Virus record (IMG/VR): IMGVR_UViG_3300042197_004918
Span: 32,001 to 96,000 of that record
Direction: 5' to 3' (one strand)
DNA from: a virus
Length of the DNA stretch: 64,000 nt
Shown here: piece by piece, positions 17,947 through 28,767 of the stretch
How the letters are laid out: each line of letters starts with the position of its first letter
Numbering within the stretch: position 1 is the stretch's first letter
The notes under the pieces: model-generated
Seen by the model: only the letters and a program-made list of their open reading frames with translations
Database searches by the model: none
Told to the model about the DNA's origin: nothing
Made by a program: the position numbers and the translations under genes

Positions 17947-19717
17947 GGGATATTTTGGGACCAAAATATATGAGACGTTAAAGGATTCGCATGAGATCGT
18001 TTTCTTTACCGGACGAGAACTGCTTATTGATTACGACATAGATTGGGCCATCATCGCGTCTTCAAACGACTCTCATTACAAGTTGGTTGATGAGTTTATC
18101 AACCGTGAGATAGATGTATTTTGTGAAAAACCATTAACAACAAATTTCTCCGATGCAATTGAACTCTTAAACCGTGCAAAACGAACCGGTGTGAAGTTGT
18201 ATGTGGACGACATATTCTTATACAATTCCGAATATCTGGCGAAACGGGAAGAGATGCGCAATTCGTCAGAATTGACGTTCAGTTGGAAAAAATTCGGTTC
18301 GTTCAAAGATAACATCGTAAACAATCTGACTTATCACGACTTGTATCTATTGGTAGATTTGTTCGGATACCAACGGATTCGGGGACTACAATCCACTGTT
18401 AACCGTATAAACGAGAAGGTCTGCACGTTCTTGTATGGTTCCAAAAAAATCACGTTGGAATATAATCGACTTTTCATGGGAAAATCCGAGAAGACGGTGA
18501 CGTATGACAAAAATGTATGTGATTTCACAAAGAGTGATAACAACTCTCTGTTAGATATGTTCGCAGCCGTGTTTTCCGAAAAAGCGGATTTTAACAGAAA
18601 TGAAGAACTAACACGGTCGGTGCAATCTCTGATGCGTGCAAACTTTTCTGGTTACAACTCTAAACCGCAACTTGCCGTAGTCGGCGGCGGAATCTTCGGT
18701 GTGACCGCAGCGTTAGAACTTATGAAGGATTTTAACGTAACCCTTTACGAGTCTAATTATGGATTATTGAACAATGCGAGTTCTATAAATCAATATCGAA
18801 TCCACCGAGGGTATCACTACCCAAGAAGCAAGGAGACTGCACACTCATCAAAATCAGGAAACGACTCTTTTCTTAAAACATACAACTGCCTAAGTGATAC
18901 GGTTACTAAGAATTATTACTGCATCGCAAAGGTTGGGTCAAAAACTGATGCTGAGGGGTATTTGAAATTCTTGAAGGAAGCTGGATTGGAGTTCTGCCCG
19001 TTAAATCTGGACGTCTTAAAGTCGGAAAATTTAAGTCTGACTGTGGAGGTTTCGGAGAAACTGTTCGATGCAAAGAAGTTGCTGACGTCGGTTTATAACC
19101 TAATTGATTCATATGAACTTCCATGTATTCTCGGTTCGACTTTTACGAGGGATATGAAAGCGAACTATGATTATGTTGTGAACTGTTCTTACGCAAACCT
19201 TAATTACATTTTGGAGGACGAACAACAGTTCGATTGCCAGTTTGAGTTGTGTGAGAAACCTGTAGTAAAGATGCCTGCCTCCTATAAAGGAAAGAGTATT
19301 GTGGTGATGGACGGTCCATTTATGTGTGTGGACCCGTATGGTTCAACTGACAATCATGTGCTTGGAAATGTGGTTCACGCTATACATTGTTCTAATATTG
19401 GCAAGTTCCCAATAATACCCGACAAATACACTTCCTTACTAAATCGAGGTGTAATCCCATCAAATGAGTTGGTAGGAATCACCAAATTTGATAAATTTAT
19501 CACATCCGCAAGACCGTTTTTTAAGGATATAGAATCTTCGGAACACATCGGTTCTATGTTCACAGTTAGAACTGTTTTGCCGATGAAAGAACATGACGAT
19601 GCACGGCCGAGTTTGATAAAGAAACATGACGACAAGGTTTACACCATTTTTTCAGGAAAAATAGCGACGTGTGTAGATTGTGCAAAAAATTTGAAAGAAA
19701 CTCTTCTTAAACAATAA
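17924..19717 (+). CDS. fused Gfo/Idh/MocA NAD oxidoreductase and FAD-dependent (DAO-like) oxidoreductase
   Basis: N-terminal GRGYFG and CEKP; second domain VGGGIFG, RIHRGYHYPRS, SGKI. Confidence 0.8.
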   Translation: MKIGIVGRGYFGTKIYETLKDSHEIVFFTGRELLIDYDIDWAIIASSNDSHYKLVDEFINREIDVFCEKPLTTNFSDAIELLNRAKRTGVKLYVDDIFLYNSEYLAKREEMRNSSELTFSWKKFGSFKDNIVNNLTYHDLYLLVDLFGYQRIRGLQSTVNRINEKVCTFLYGSKKITLEYNRLFMGKSEKTVTYDKNVCDFTKSDNNSLLDMFAAVFSEKADFNRNEELTRSVQSLMRANFSGYNSKPQLAVVGGGIFGVTAALELMKDFNVTLYESNYGLLNNASSINQYRIHRGYHYPRSKETAHSSKSGNDSFLKTYNCLSDTVTKNYYCIAKVGSKTDAEGYLKFLKEAGLEFCPLNLDVLKSENLSLTVEVSEKLFDAKKLLTSVYNLIDSYELPCILGSTFTRDMKANYDYVVNCSYANLNYILEDEQQFDCQFELCEKPVVKMPASYKGKSIVVMDGPFMCVDPYGSTDNHVLGNVVHAIHCSNIGKFPIIPDKYTSLLNRGVIPSNELVGITKFDKFITSARPFFKDIESSEHIGSMFTVRTVLPMKEHDDARPSLIKKHDDKVYTIFSGKIATCVDCAKNLKETLLKQ

Positions 19718-19718
19718 T

Positions 19719-20288
19719 ATGACATTAGATTCAATATTGGAAATGGTTCCGGATAAATTTTCGGATATAACGACGACATCAAAGAAATTCAAGACTGACG
19801 TTTATACGTTTTTCAATACACCCGAGTTTTCTGACAAAACGTGTCTTGAGATAGGGTGTAAGAACGGGTATACAACACTTGTGCTTACATATTTGTTTAA
19901 AATGGTGTATGGGATAAACTACGATACGATTGTATCTCCGAACAATTTTTTGGTATCCAAGGATAGGAGTAATTTTAAACTATTTGCTCAGGACGTATAT
20001 AAACTCGGTCTTCCTGTGAACGACTCTGATGTGATTTTTGTGGATGCTATTCATACCTATCAAGCCGTTCTTATAGATATAGAGAATTCATTAAAACTGA
20101 AATCAGTTGGTAAAAAATATTTCATTTTCGACGACATTGGGTTATACCCAGAGGTGAGAGCGGCTGTATATGAGTGTGTCGATGCTGGGTTGTTGAAGGT
20201 GGAGAAGAAAATTGGGTATGGTCCGTTCGACGGGGACTTTGTAAGATTGCTGAGCGACTATGAAGGGGTGATTTGTTCTGAAAAATGA
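19719..20288 (+). CDS. class I SAM-dependent methyltransferase
   Basis: LEIGCKNGYTT, IFVDAIHTY, IFDD. Confidence 0.8.
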   Translation: MTLDSILEMVPDKFSDITTTSKKFKTDVYTFFNTPEFSDKTCLEIGCKNGYTTLVLTYLFKMVYGINYDTIVSPNNFLVSKDRSNFKLFAQDVYKLGLPVNDSDVIFVDAIHTYQAVLIDIENSLKLKSVGKKYFIFDDIGLYPEVRAAVYECVDAGLLKVEKKIGYGPFDGDFVRLLSDYEGVICSEK

Positions 20289-21292
20289 ATATCAAGATAT
20301 TAGAATTGGATAAGCACAGAAACGAAACTACGTTTCGACCATACCTTGCAGCTCAGAGTGAGTTCGAGAAAAACGGAATTTTCTTTGTAGAATCGGAAAG
20401 AGATGCCGATGTTCTCTTTGTTGGACAGGCCTCCATAATAGATAAGAAAATTCCCTTGCAGGAATCCGCAATGAAGGGGGTCAATTTTTTGAAAGAGTTG
20501 GATAAGCCTTACATCGTATTCGATGGACAGGATTCGTCAAGTTTGATTGGAGTTTGGGATGCCTGTAAATGGTTTTCCGGTATAAAGTGTGTGAAGAACG
20601 TGATATTGAAAGATTTGAATGGATATGGAAAAAGGTATCCGAATGGCAGATGGTTTTGGGGCAGAACCACTGATGGATATTCTTTGACAGAAGAATCGGT
20701 CAAAGAGTTGGATTCGTTTTTGGTTCCTGGCGCAACCAATTGGCTTAATACGTATGGGAACAAATTTCCACTACAGAAAATAAATAGAAACAAGAAATAC
20801 GACGTGGCCATATTGATTGGATTGGCTAAAGAAGGGGCTGAACATGGGTTTCATAGTGCCGATTATTATAACGAATCTCGACTGAATTTATTTGAGGTCG
20901 CAAAGAGGTTGAAGTGTAAAGTCATAACCACTGAGAAAACCGGGAAATTGGATCGCCAAAAATACTTGGAAACTTTGTGGGACAGCAAGTTCTGTATATC
21001 TCCATTTGGTTTCGGTGAGGTAAACATTCGTGAAATCGAAGCGTTAATGGTCGGAAGCGTAATCGTTAAACCTAACATCGAAAGTGTCATCACGACACCG
21101 AATATATACGGTCAGGGTATGTCTATTACGTGTAAGGATAATTACAGTGATTTACCTGACCTCATGGATGAATTGTTACCAGAATATTACGATTTCGCCG
21201 AAGCGATGATTGAGAACCAGTATGCTAAGTTCCAATACGAGTCAGCGGATTCAACGTTGGTGGCCAGAACGATTAAAAGTATATTAACATGA
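20285..21292 (+). CDS. GT-B-type glycosyltransferase
   Basis: SKFCISPFGFGE..IREIEALMVG motif. Confidence 0.7.
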   Translation: MNIKILELDKHRNETTFRPYLAAQSEFEKNGIFFVESERDADVLFVGQASIIDKKIPLQESAMKGVNFLKELDKPYIVFDGQDSSSLIGVWDACKWFSGIKCVKNVILKDLNGYGKRYPNGRWFWGRTTDGYSLTEESVKELDSFLVPGATNWLNTYGNKFPLQKINRNKKYDVAILIGLAKEGAEHGFHSADYYNESRLNLFEVAKRLKCKVITTEKTGKLDRQKYLETLWDSKFCISPFGFGEVNIREIEALMVGSVIVKPNIESVITTPNIYGQGMSITCKDNYSDLPDLMDELLPEYYDFAEAMIENQYAKFQYESADSTLVARTIKSILT

Positions 21293-22278
21293 AATACAAA
21301 TACTCCATTGGCACCCATGTAATGTTCTATGAGATAGAAATGCTCAATGATTTCATCTCTGGGCTCATAAACCTGATGCACGACGTGGAGACTAAGGAAC
21401 GTGTATATATTGACCTCGCCTTCAACGTATCACAGTTTTTTGAAGAAGTGGATTTTTACAAAATCTCGAAGGACGAACTCATAAATAAGTTCAATAAACA
21501 GTTGGATAGACTGAAACCTTTTATACACGAACCCAATTTATCCACCCGGGTTATTAACAATGACAATGAGTTTTATACTCAAACGGATTATAGACGTGAA
21601 TACAACTCAAAGTTCTGCAAGATTGTTGATTTCGTGATGTGGGGTGAAACGGACAGCTTTTTTCCAAAACAAGCGTTCTCTTGTTTGGAGGTTCTAGGAG
21701 ACTATTCCCGTGAGGTTGGTGTGAACCGATTTGTAGCAAGTTTTGCCGACAGAAAGATGTGGGATTCTAGTTGGGATGCAACAGTTCATCCAAATTTCCT
21801 CGACCACAAGTTCGTAGAGGACGACTTTGAAAACAAAAATCAGGCAAAGTCATTCATGTCAATCGAAGAAATGAATAGGATAAACGAGTCGGCTAAGAGC
21901 TTGGACCTAATCCACATAAACTACCCAAAGATAGACGGTTCGTGTTTGGTGTTAAGTTCGGATTTTATACGTTCCGGTATAAACATACCACCGTGTTTTA
22001 TTCACAACGACGACGAAAGTTTGTCTTTGGTTGCGAAGCAGATGCTTGGTGACCAGTATTATCAATTTATTTTCAAAAACATACTGAAGGTTCATGCGAG
22101 GAGACACCCTAGAAAGAGAACATATGTGTTAAATGAGAACAATCCCAACGGTTTTTGTAATGAGAAAAAGGGGGATTGGTGGAAACGTTTCATACAGATG
22201 TCTCAACATAATGTCGCGATTCTCATAAAAAACCAAGGTAAGTTTTTGACCTTTGAAGACTTTAAAAACAGCGTATGA
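21289..22278 (+). CDS. putative GT-A-like glycosyltransferase
   Basis: MWGETD (ExD), HNDD; cluster context. Confidence 0.5.
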   Translation: MKYKYSIGTHVMFYEIEMLNDFISGLINLMHDVETKERVYIDLAFNVSQFFEEVDFYKISKDELINKFNKQLDRLKPFIHEPNLSTRVINNDNEFYTQTDYRREYNSKFCKIVDFVMWGETDSFFPKQAFSCLEVLGDYSREVGVNRFVASFADRKMWDSSWDATVHPNFLDHKFVEDDFENKNQAKSFMSIEEMNRINESAKSLDLIHINYPKIDGSCLVLSSDFIRSGINIPPCFIHNDDESLSLVAKQMLGDQYYQFIFKNILKVHARRHPRKRTYVLNENNPNGFCNEKKGDWWKRFIQMSQHNVAILIKNQGKFLTFEDFKNSV

Positions 22279-22952
22279 ACGAATTGAATGTTGTAATTTG
22301 TATAGATGACGTCCATCCACAGAAAAACTGGAGGATTCACGGAGATGTAGTCGAATCCTATCTGGATTCTCTGAACAGCACCTTTGGAGCCAAGTTCAAT
22401 CTGTTTATACCGTCATATTACCATTCCCTCACACCCCTTCGTTTATACCGAGATTGGGTAACTTGGATGAAGGATATGGGATACTTTGAGTTATGCGCCC
22501 ACGGCCATTTTCACAGTTGCAAAAATTCTATGTTAGGCGAACAAGAGTTCCTTGAGATAGACTACATTGATGCCAAGGAGAGGGTGTCGATGATAGTTGA
22601 TGAATGGGATAAGGTGGGGGTCAAACCGAGGGGATTTAGAATGCCTGGCTGGGGATGCTCTCAAGGGTCAGCTCAAGCGGTGGGTGAGTCGTTCGACTAT
22701 GTTGCGGCCCACTCCGAGATAAACTATAACATCACATTTCCGACAAAGACTTTCTACGGTTGTGATGGAATCCACGAAACGTCCGGTATGACAATTCAAA
22801 AAAATCAAACCGTGGTGTTTCAGTCTCACATATTCGGTGACTGGAATAAGAATGTGTGGAACGAAAAGAATTACGAGAACTTCTTTATGGTTCTTGACTA
22901 CCTGAGAAATACCTATACTGTTAACTTTACAACTTTCGGCGAATTGACATGA
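22275..22952 (+). CDS. polysaccharide deacetylase-like (CE4/DUF2334) protein
   Basis: IDDVHP, HGHFH, GFRMPGW, QSH. Confidence 0.75.
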   Translation: MNELNVVICIDDVHPQKNWRIHGDVVESYLDSLNSTFGAKFNLFIPSYYHSLTPLRLYRDWVTWMKDMGYFELCAHGHFHSCKNSMLGEQEFLEIDYIDAKERVSMIVDEWDKVGVKPRGFRMPGWGCSQGSAQAVGESFDYVAAHSEINYNITFPTKTFYGCDGIHETSGMTIQKNQTVVFQSHIFGDWNKNVWNEKNYENFFMVLDYLRNTYTVNFTTFGELT

Positions 22953-23887
22953 AAATAGCATTTGTAACTGAGATGGGGTTCTTTGGAAAAGTTCCTAGAA
23001 ATCATAGGAACATGCGTGTGGAGTTTGCGTGGATGTGTGCGTTGGGAGCGGAGCATTTATGTTGTAACGCATCGGCGATAGATTCTTACGATTTAATTGT
23101 GGTTATTCTTCCTAAGAAAAATCTCAACGTATGGATACAGGAAGATTACATAGAAAAGTTCAGGAAACACACCAAACGCCTCGCGGTGATGCAAGAGGGG
23201 CCTCATTGGTATTTTCAAGATTACGATATACCGACTCAATTTTGGTTTTACAACATTTTGATGTCAGCGGATATACTGTTCACTCATAATCAGAACGATA
23301 AACGTTATTATGAGGGAATCACTTGTCATCCGATGGTGAAGGTTATGCCATCGCTTATGATAGAAGACCTTGTTTCTAACACTCAACCGAAGAAGTCTGC
23401 TGGAACCATGATAGGTGGAAACTTTGTCAACTGGTATGGTGGATTTGATTCATACATTGTAGCACAAGATATTGGAGAAAATATATACTGCCCAAGTATG
23501 GGTAGAAAACAGCCGAATGAGGATGCTATAGAAAACATTCAACATTTGCCATATCTCGATTGGGCGGGGTGGATGGATAATCTATCGGTTATGAAGTATG
23601 GCATCCATCTTATGCGAACCCACGCGGCGGGAACATTTGCTTTAAATTGTGCTTACTTCGGAATACCGTGTATAGGATACAAGGGGTTGGATACTCAAGA
23701 TATATGTCATCCGAGTTTAACGGTGGAGGTTGCCGATGTTAAACGTGCTAGGGAGCTGGCTAGAGAACTTTTGGATGAACGGTTTTACAAAAAGTGTTCG
23801 GAAGAGAGTCGGCATTTATACGAAAAAAACTACAGAGAACCCACCTTTATCTCTTACATGAATGAAATATTCTCTGCGTTGAATTAA
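22949..23887 (+). CDS. putative GT-B glycosyltransferase
   Basis: MKIAFVTE start; GTFALNCAYFGIPCIG. Confidence 0.6.
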   Translation: MKIAFVTEMGFFGKVPRNHRNMRVEFAWMCALGAEHLCCNASAIDSYDLIVVILPKKNLNVWIQEDYIEKFRKHTKRLAVMQEGPHWYFQDYDIPTQFWFYNILMSADILFTHNQNDKRYYEGITCHPMVKVMPSLMIEDLVSNTQPKKSAGTMIGGNFVNWYGGFDSYIVAQDIGENIYCPSMGRKQPNEDAIENIQHLPYLDWAGWMDNLSVMKYGIHLMRTHAAGTFALNCAYFGIPCIGYKGLDTQDICHPSLTVEVADVKRARELARELLDERFYKKCSEESRHLYEKNYREPTFISYMNEIFSALN

Positions 23888-23932
23888 AAGAAAATTCGCA
23901 AGTTTTTCGGCGGTATATATTTAGTGAAATCT

Positions 23933-24799
23933 ATGAAATACACATTTGAAGACAAACTTTTTTTAGTTACGGGCGGCAGCGGATTTTTGGGAAAACCTCT
24001 CGTTGAGAGGCTTTTGAAATCCGGTGCTCGCGTCAGAATATTAGCGAGGGACGAGGGAAAGCTCATCGAGACGAAACAACTATACCCATCGGTGGAAATT
24101 CTCACCGGAGATGTATCGGATGAATTCGAGGTTAAACAAGCAATGGTTGGGGTCAATGGAGTATTCCATTTAGCCGCATCGAAACACATTGGAATCGCTG
24201 AAAAACAAGTCCGTGAGTGCATCAAATCAAACACGATAGGTTCCATGAACATCCTATCAGAATCGCTTGAAAACTCTAACCTTGAATTTGTTATAGGCAT
24301 TAGCACTGACAAGACCGCACAAGTATCTGGGGTTTATGGGGCGTCTAAGTTTTTGATGGAACGTCTGTTCAAACAGTATGAAAGATTGAATCCGACGTGC
24401 GATTACCGAATAGTCAGATACGGAAACGTATTATACTCCACGGGGTCTGTATTGTGTAAGTGGAAGGATTTGATACAAGATGGGAAACAGATAACCATAA
24501 CTGACCCGAGAGCCACTAGGTTTTTTTGGACGGTTGACCAGGCGATAGATTTAATCTACGATTGCTTGACTAATGCCAAGGATGCCTCTCCGTATGTGCC
24601 GACCATGAAAGGTATGAACATGGAGAATTTGTTGCTGGCGATGGAGCAGAAATACGCGCCGAATGATGCACCGATGCCTCCCTGGAATATAATCGGACTT
24701 CAACCTGGTGAAAATCTACACGAAAAGATTTTAGAAAATGGATTGAATTCAAGCGAAGTCGAACAATACACCATTGAAGAAATTAAACAACTTATATGA
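23933..24799 (+). CDS. UDP-GlcNAc 4,6-dehydratase-like SDR (PseB/CapD, Polysacc_synt_2)
   Basis: TGGSGFLG, HLAASKH, ISTDK, YGASK, RYGNV..S.GSV, GENLHE. Confidence 0.85.
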   Translation: MKYTFEDKLFLVTGGSGFLGKPLVERLLKSGARVRILARDEGKLIETKQLYPSVEILTGDVSDEFEVKQAMVGVNGVFHLAASKHIGIAEKQVRECIKSNTIGSMNILSESLENSNLEFVIGISTDKTAQVSGVYGASKFLMERLFKQYERLNPTCDYRIVRYGNVLYSTGSVLCKWKDLIQDGKQITITDPRATRFFWTVDQAIDLIYDCLTNAKDASPYVPTMKGMNMENLLLAMEQKYAPNDAPMPPWNIIGLQPGENLHEKILENGLNSSEVEQYTIEEIKQLI

Positions 24800-25461
24800 A
24801 AATTGTTCAAATAGGAACAAACTCCGGATTTGACACTACAAATAGATTTTTGAAGTCATACGCTCTCACATACGATGTGAGTATGGATTTGGTCCTTCTA
24901 ATAGAACCTCTTAGAAAGTTGAATGCCAATATAATTTCCAATTATCAGGGGATGAATAATGTTCATATAGAAAACGTCGCTATAGTCAGTAATAATGACA
25001 CTAACTTTGTAGATTTTTTTTGCAATTTCTCTAAAGTCGGCCTTGACGAACACTCGTCGTTGAGTAAGTCACATCTTTTGTATAAAATTGGAAAAGACAG
25101 TGGACACGTTGAAGAAACGGTTGAAAAAATAACAGTTCCATGTGAAACTATAATGTCTATGTTGAACAGACATTTTGTAAAACATTTAGATATTCTTTTT
25201 ATTGACGCCGAGGGTAGTGACGGTGACATAATTATGTCTATAGACTTTGCATCTGTATCAATACACACAATTATTTACGAGGATCGTTTCCTTGAAACGG
25301 AGATGTCCAAAAAAATACAATCTTTATTAAAAGACAAAGGTTACTCTTCTTATTTGTTATCCAACGGTGATGTAATTGCTACAACTTTGGATATATACGA
25401 GAATCACATTATTCACCATTTATCCTCTGTTTATAAATCTAATTTTGAGACGAAAATATGA
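24796..25461 (+). CDS. FkbM-family methyltransferase
   Basis: VQIGTN.G, LIEP, NVAI, IDAEG.D, IIYE. Confidence 0.8.
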   Translation: MKIVQIGTNSGFDTTNRFLKSYALTYDVSMDLVLLIEPLRKLNANIISNYQGMNNVHIENVAIVSNNDTNFVDFFCNFSKVGLDEHSSLSKSHLLYKIGKDSGHVEETVEKITVPCETIMSMLNRHFVKHLDILFIDAEGSDGDIIMSIDFASVSIHTIIYEDRFLETEMSKKIQSLLKDKGYSSYLLSNGDVIATTLDIYENHIIHHLSSVYKSNFETKI

Positions 25462-26282
25462 AAATTCTTATATTGGGCGGAAACCGGTTCATAGGAAAGA
25501 AACTTGCTTCGAGATTATCCATAGAGGGTCACGATGTAACAGTGTTGAATAGAAGCGGCACCGGTCCAGAGGGGTGTGAAATCATAAAATCAGACAGAGA
25601 CGGGCTATCTAAAGTCGATAACGATTTTAACGTGGTCATAGATTTCTGTCTATTCAAACCGGCCCAAGCAGAAGCTTTAAAGTCTTTCCTAAAGCCTACC
25701 CAACATTATCTGTTTGTAAGTAGTGCAGCCGCATATTTAGATGATAATCGTCAGTGTTATGACGAGAGTATGAAAATCGGCGGGAGGGCTGGTTTTGGAG
25801 ACTACGGTAAAGAGAAGGCTGAGTGTGAATCCATAATATCAAACTCCAGTGCATACGAACTCATAGTTCGCCCACCTTATATCGTTGGGAATGATTGCCC
25901 TCGGCCCCGACTTAGGTTTTACATAGAGAAGATTTTGTCTGATGGAAAGTGTCCCGTCGCTGGTGACGGAAACGCTTTGTTTAGCATTGTATGGTCGGGA
26001 GATGTAGTGGATACTTTACATGATATGGTCGTCCAACCGTGGAAATACCTACATGGTTCCGCATACAACATATCATCATCTGACGTGTATTCTACGAAAA
26101 CCTTGATTAAGGAGATTGCTACATTTCTAAATCGTCCGTATGAAATTGTAGAAAACTCCAAGGACGTCCCGTTCTTGAATGAAAATTTGATAACATCTCC
26201 GGTCAAATTAAACAGAAAATTTAAACCGATAAAATATAGACTAAAAGAGTTCTGTGAGTATAGTAGGATAAGTTATGAATAA
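25458..26282 (+). CDS. NAD-dependent epimerase/dehydratase
   Basis: LGGNRFIG, VSSAAAY, YGKEK, VRP. Confidence 0.8.
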   Translation: MKILILGGNRFIGKKLASRLSIEGHDVTVLNRSGTGPEGCEIIKSDRDGLSKVDNDFNVVIDFCLFKPAQAEALKSFLKPTQHYLFVSSAAAYLDDNRQCYDESMKIGGRAGFGDYGKEKAECESIISNSSAYELIVRPPYIVGNDCPRPRLRFYIEKILSDGKCPVAGDGNALFSIVWSGDVVDTLHDMVVQPWKYLHGSAYNISSSDVYSTKTLIKEIATFLNRPYEIVENSKDVPFLNENLITSPVKLNRKFKPIKYRLKEFCEYSRISYE

Positions 26283-27417
26283 GTTACTAAGATCAAAACC
26301 ATACATTCCAGAGGAAACTATCCCATCCATAATGAGGAACTTGGAGGAAGTCATACGAAGCGGTATGTTCATTCAGGGGAAATACGTCTCACAGCTTGAG
26401 AAGATGTTCGCTGAATACTGTGGGACAAAATATGCTGTTGCAACAAACTCCGGTGCTACCGCATTGGAGGTCGCTTTAAGAGCAACCGGTGTAGAGGGGA
26501 AGAAAATCATTGTCCCGACCCAAACGTTCGTAGCGTCTGTAAGCGCCATAGTGAGGTCAAATAATATCCCCGTGATTGTTGATGTGGAGGAAGACACACA
26601 GAGTTTGAGTGCTAGGATTATTCGTGAGAATGTTGATAATGATGTTTTTGCTGTCATGTGGATTCATATGGCTGGCTTTATAAGTCCGGATTATTACAAC
26701 ATAAAGAAGTTGTGTGATTCTCTTGGGATTCTTTTAATTGAGGACGCATCTCATGCTGTAGGAGCTTCCATAGATGGAATTAAAGCTGGAAACCTTGGTT
26801 TCGCAGGATGTTTTTCATTGTTTGCCACCAAGATTATAACAAGTGGTGAGGGTGGAATCATAACCACCAACGATCACCAGTTCGCGGAGGAATGTAAGGT
26901 GATACGAAACCACGGTTGCGTCCGAAATCCCGCACCTTACGAGGGGATTGATTTTGGAGTAAACTGCACCTATGCGTCATCAAATTATAGGATGCCGGAG
27001 TTGTCGGCAGTGGTCGGTGTCAGTCAGGTTCCGATGATAGACCAGTTTGTGTTAAAGAGGAATTGCCTAGCCACTGCCTATGATTTGTATATTACGAATC
27101 CGAAGGTGACTAAACCGAAGATACCTTCAAACACGGTTATGACGTGGTGGCAGTATATAATTTCTCTTCCAGTTGGAACAAAGTTGGAAGAAAGGACGGC
27201 TCTTTGCACGGAGTTATTGAAAACACATGGTATTGCCACCGCAAATGCGTATTGGCCAGCCTGTCACGAACAACCTGCGTTTCTGAAGTATATAGATGGG
27301 CAGAAATACGAAGTCACCGACAGCCTCCTAAAAAGACACTTGTCGTTGCCACTTTATGTCGAAATGGATCTCGAACAGGTGAAGTATGTTTCTGATGTCG
27401 TCAATCACATTATATGA
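26275..27417 (+). CDS. DegT/DnrJ/EryC1/StrS sugar aminotransferase
   Basis: NSGATAL, IEDASHA, SLFATKIITSGEGG (PLP Lys), NYRM, LSLPL. Confidence 0.92.
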   Translation: MNKLLRSKPYIPEETIPSIMRNLEEVIRSGMFIQGKYVSQLEKMFAEYCGTKYAVATNSGATALEVALRATGVEGKKIIVPTQTFVASVSAIVRSNNIPVIVDVEEDTQSLSARIIRENVDNDVFAVMWIHMAGFISPDYYNIKKLCDSLGILLIEDASHAVGASIDGIKAGNLGFAGCFSLFATKIITSGEGGIITTNDHQFAEECKVIRNHGCVRNPAPYEGIDFGVNCTYASSNYRMPELSAVVGVSQVPMIDQFVLKRNCLATAYDLYITNPKVTKPKIPSNTVMTWWQYIISLPVGTKLEERTALCTELLKTHGIATANAYWPACHEQPAFLKYIDGQKYEVTDSLLKRHLSLPLYVEMDLEQVKYVSDVVNHII

Positions 27418-28109
27418 AAACCGTAGGAATCCATCAGCCTAACTATCTCCCTTGGTTGGGATACTTTGACAAAATTGCCAAAAGCGATACGTTTGTTGTA
27501 TTCGATAATGTTCAGTTTCCGAGAGGGAAACAACACTTCGGTCATAGAAACTTGATAAAATCTCCATCCGGTGAAGGAAAGTGGTTAACTGTTCCTCTTG
27601 TCGGTAAGAGTGACATGAAGAATTTCAACGAAATTGCAATAAACTACAATGGGTGGAACGACGACCATTTGAATCTTATGAAGTCGTATTATGCCAAAGC
27701 ACCTCATTTCAAGACATATTTTCCGCACATCGAGAATAAATTGAAAGTTCAATACACAACCTTATCGGAAATGAACGTGGAATTGATAAAGATGTTTTTG
27801 GGTTTGATGGAAATAAACACCGAAGTAGTTCTGTGTTCAGATTTGTGTAAGGATGAAGTTTCGGGTGGAGATAGAATAATGCATCTACTAAAGAAGTTGG
27901 GTGCAACTCACTACATTTCGGGAACAGGTACTGGCTCAATGAGATACATAAACGAGGAATCGTTCAAAGCCAATCAAATAGAACTTCGGTGGCAACACTA
28001 CCAACATCCACACTACACTCAACTTTTCGGAGAGTTTAAGGAAAATATGTCCATTGTGGATTTGATTTTCAATCGTGGAAAAGATAGCCGAGAAATTTTG
28101 GTAAATTGA
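27414..28109 (+). CDS. WbqC-family protein (putative glycyl transferase)
   Basis: HQPNYLPWLGYF.KI, RNLI, WLTVP, YISG, YTQ, SIVDLIFN. Confidence 0.9.
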   Translation: MKTVGIHQPNYLPWLGYFDKIAKSDTFVVFDNVQFPRGKQHFGHRNLIKSPSGEGKWLTVPLVGKSDMKNFNEIAINYNGWNDDHLNLMKSYYAKAPHFKTYFPHIENKLKVQYTTLSEMNVELIKMFLGLMEINTEVVLCSDLCKDEVSGGDRIMHLLKKLGATHYISGTGTGSMRYINEESFKANQIELRWQHYQHPHYTQLFGEFKENMSIVDLIFNRGKDSREILVN

Positions 28110-28110
28110 T

Positions 28111-28764
28111 ATGAAGAATGTAATGGCAATAGGAGCGCATCCTGACGACATTGAATTTGGTTGTGCAGGGACACTGATTCGTCACCGAGAGGTTGGCGAT
28201 ACAATCGTCTATGTGTGCATGACCGATACGGAGTCCCAGGACGGGACAACGGGTGAGATAATAAGGAGTGCTGAACAAGTCAGAAACGAAACGGTTGCAG
28301 CAGCGAAGGAGATAGGTTGCACCACGTTGAAATTTCTTCCGTTCAAGGATTTACACGTTCCGTTCTCATTTCAATCGGTTAGTATGCTTGAATCCATAAT
28401 AAAAGAGTATAAAATAGACACTCTATATACACATTGGGCTGGAGATGCCAACCAAGACCATATAGCCACATTTAAGTCTACTATGGCTGCCGCAAGATAC
28501 GTTCCTAATGTATTTTGTTACGAACAGATACCTATATCGAGAATGACCGACAATCAGATGGAAATCAATTACTATGTCGATGTAGAAAAACAATTTGAAA
28601 AGAAGATACGTGCGGCGCTGTGTCACGAAAGTCAGATAAGGAAATATTCAAAAATAGGATTGGATGTTGAGGAAAATTTGACCACGTTGGCAAAATTTAG
28701 AGCGATACAGGCTAAGTGCAAATACGCAGAAGCGTTTAAAATCCTAAAAATGGTAAATCACTGA
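28111..28764 (+). CDS. PIG-L family deacetylase
   Basis: AHPDDIEFG, QDH, CHESQ, AEAF. Confidence 0.9.
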   Translation: MKNVMAIGAHPDDIEFGCAGTLIRHREVGDTIVYVCMTDTESQDGTTGEIIRSAEQVRNETVAAAKEIGCTTLKFLPFKDLHVPFSFQSVSMLESIIKEYKIDTLYTHWAGDANQDHIATFKSTMAAARYVPNVFCYEQIPISRMTDNQMEINYYVDVEKQFEKKIRAALCHESQIRKYSKIGLDVEENLTTLAKFRAIQAKCKYAEAFKILKMVNH

Positions 28765-28767
28765 ATT

